Shown: piece by piece, positions 63,743 to 64,000 of the stretch
Layout of the letters: each line of letters begins with the position of its first letter
Numbering within the stretch: the stretch's first letter is position 1
From: Pseudobdellovibrionaceae bacterium
GTDB taxonomy: Bacteria > Bdellovibrionota > Bdellovibrionia > Bdellovibrionales > UBA1609
Assembly: GCA_025354795.1 (NCBI GenBank)
Contig: JANXMF010000216.1
Coordinates: 1,138 to 65,137 of the forward strand
Reading direction: 5' to 3'
DNA: 64,000 nucleotides
Notes under the pieces: model-generated
The model's input: the letters and a program-made list of their open reading frames with translations, nothing else
What the model was told of the DNA's origin: nothing
Databases searched by the model: none
Program-made: the position numbers and the translations under genes

Positions 63743-64000
63743 ATGAAACTCACGGTCGAAAAGAAAGACCTATTGAACGTGATCAGTCGGGCGCAAAACA
63801 TTGTTGAAAAACGCAACACCATGCCGATCTTGGTCAACGTATTGCTCGAAGCTTCAGGTCAAGGTCTTAGGGGCTTTGCCACGGATTTGGAAGTGAGCTT
63901 AACCGACGAAATCGCGGCGGCTATCCATGCGCCGGGCAAAGTCGCGGTGAATGCCAAAAGTTTATTTGAAATTATTAAAGAACTGCCCGACGGTAAAATC
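63743..64000 (+). CDS. dnaN: DNA polymerase III beta sliding clamp, 3'-truncated at window edge
   Basis: AGGAGG lies 6 nt upstream of the ATG. MKLTVEKKDLLNVISRAQNIVEKRNTMPILVNVLLEA is a typical DnaN N-terminus. The ORF is open to the window end. Confidence 0.9.
   Translation, partial: MKLTVEKKDLLNVISRAQNIVEKRNTMPILVNVLLEASGQGLRGFATDLEVSLTDEIAAAIHAPGKVAVNAKSLFEIIKELPDGKI

Overview
This is an origin-proximal chromosomal window from a Gram-negative bacterium. Gene content and synteny suggest a Bdellovibrionota or deltaproteobacteria-like lineage, but that is a low-confidence inference. About 75% of the window is conserved housekeeping. From left to right it holds a methylmalonyl-CoA mutase fragment, tatB-tatC, an M16 peptidase, hemW-grpE-dnaJ-like, an LpoA-like lipoprotein, lon, and a nuo operon containing only membrane-arm genes (nuoA-H-J-K-L-M-N). 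These are followed by rlmM, mfd, a GH3 hexosaminidase and the F1Fo operon (b'-b-delta-alpha-gamma-beta-epsilon). The classical origin neighbourhood comes last: bactofilin-parB-parA, rsmG-mnmG-mnmE-jag-yidC-yidD-rnpA-rpmH, then dnaA, a DnaA-box/AT-rich oriC and the start of dnaN. The unusual part is an accessory island of about 14 kb (roughly 12.2-26.5 kb), flanked on both sides by apparent gene remnants. It starts with three tandem, translationally coupled paralogs. Each fuses a type IV pilin-like N-terminus (G|F/Y-S-L-I/V-E prepilin motif plus hydrophobic helix) to a tail-fibre-like beta-rich region and a C-terminal phage-type Peptidase S74 intramolecular-chaperone self-cleavage domain (SDxRLK). 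Immediately downstream lie an ArnT/PMT-like GT-C membrane glycosyltransferase and a 1143-aa protein with three fused GT2 domains. A convergent operon encodes two more GT2 enzymes, a small Trp/Arg tandem-repeat protein and a radical SAM enzyme with an N-terminal Cys-rich extension. I interpret this as a candidate self-processing, glycosylated, pilus-associated fibre (adhesin) system. That interpretation rests on motif recognition by eye; no HMM or database search could be run. I saw no rRNA, tRNA, CRISPR array, transposase or integrase.
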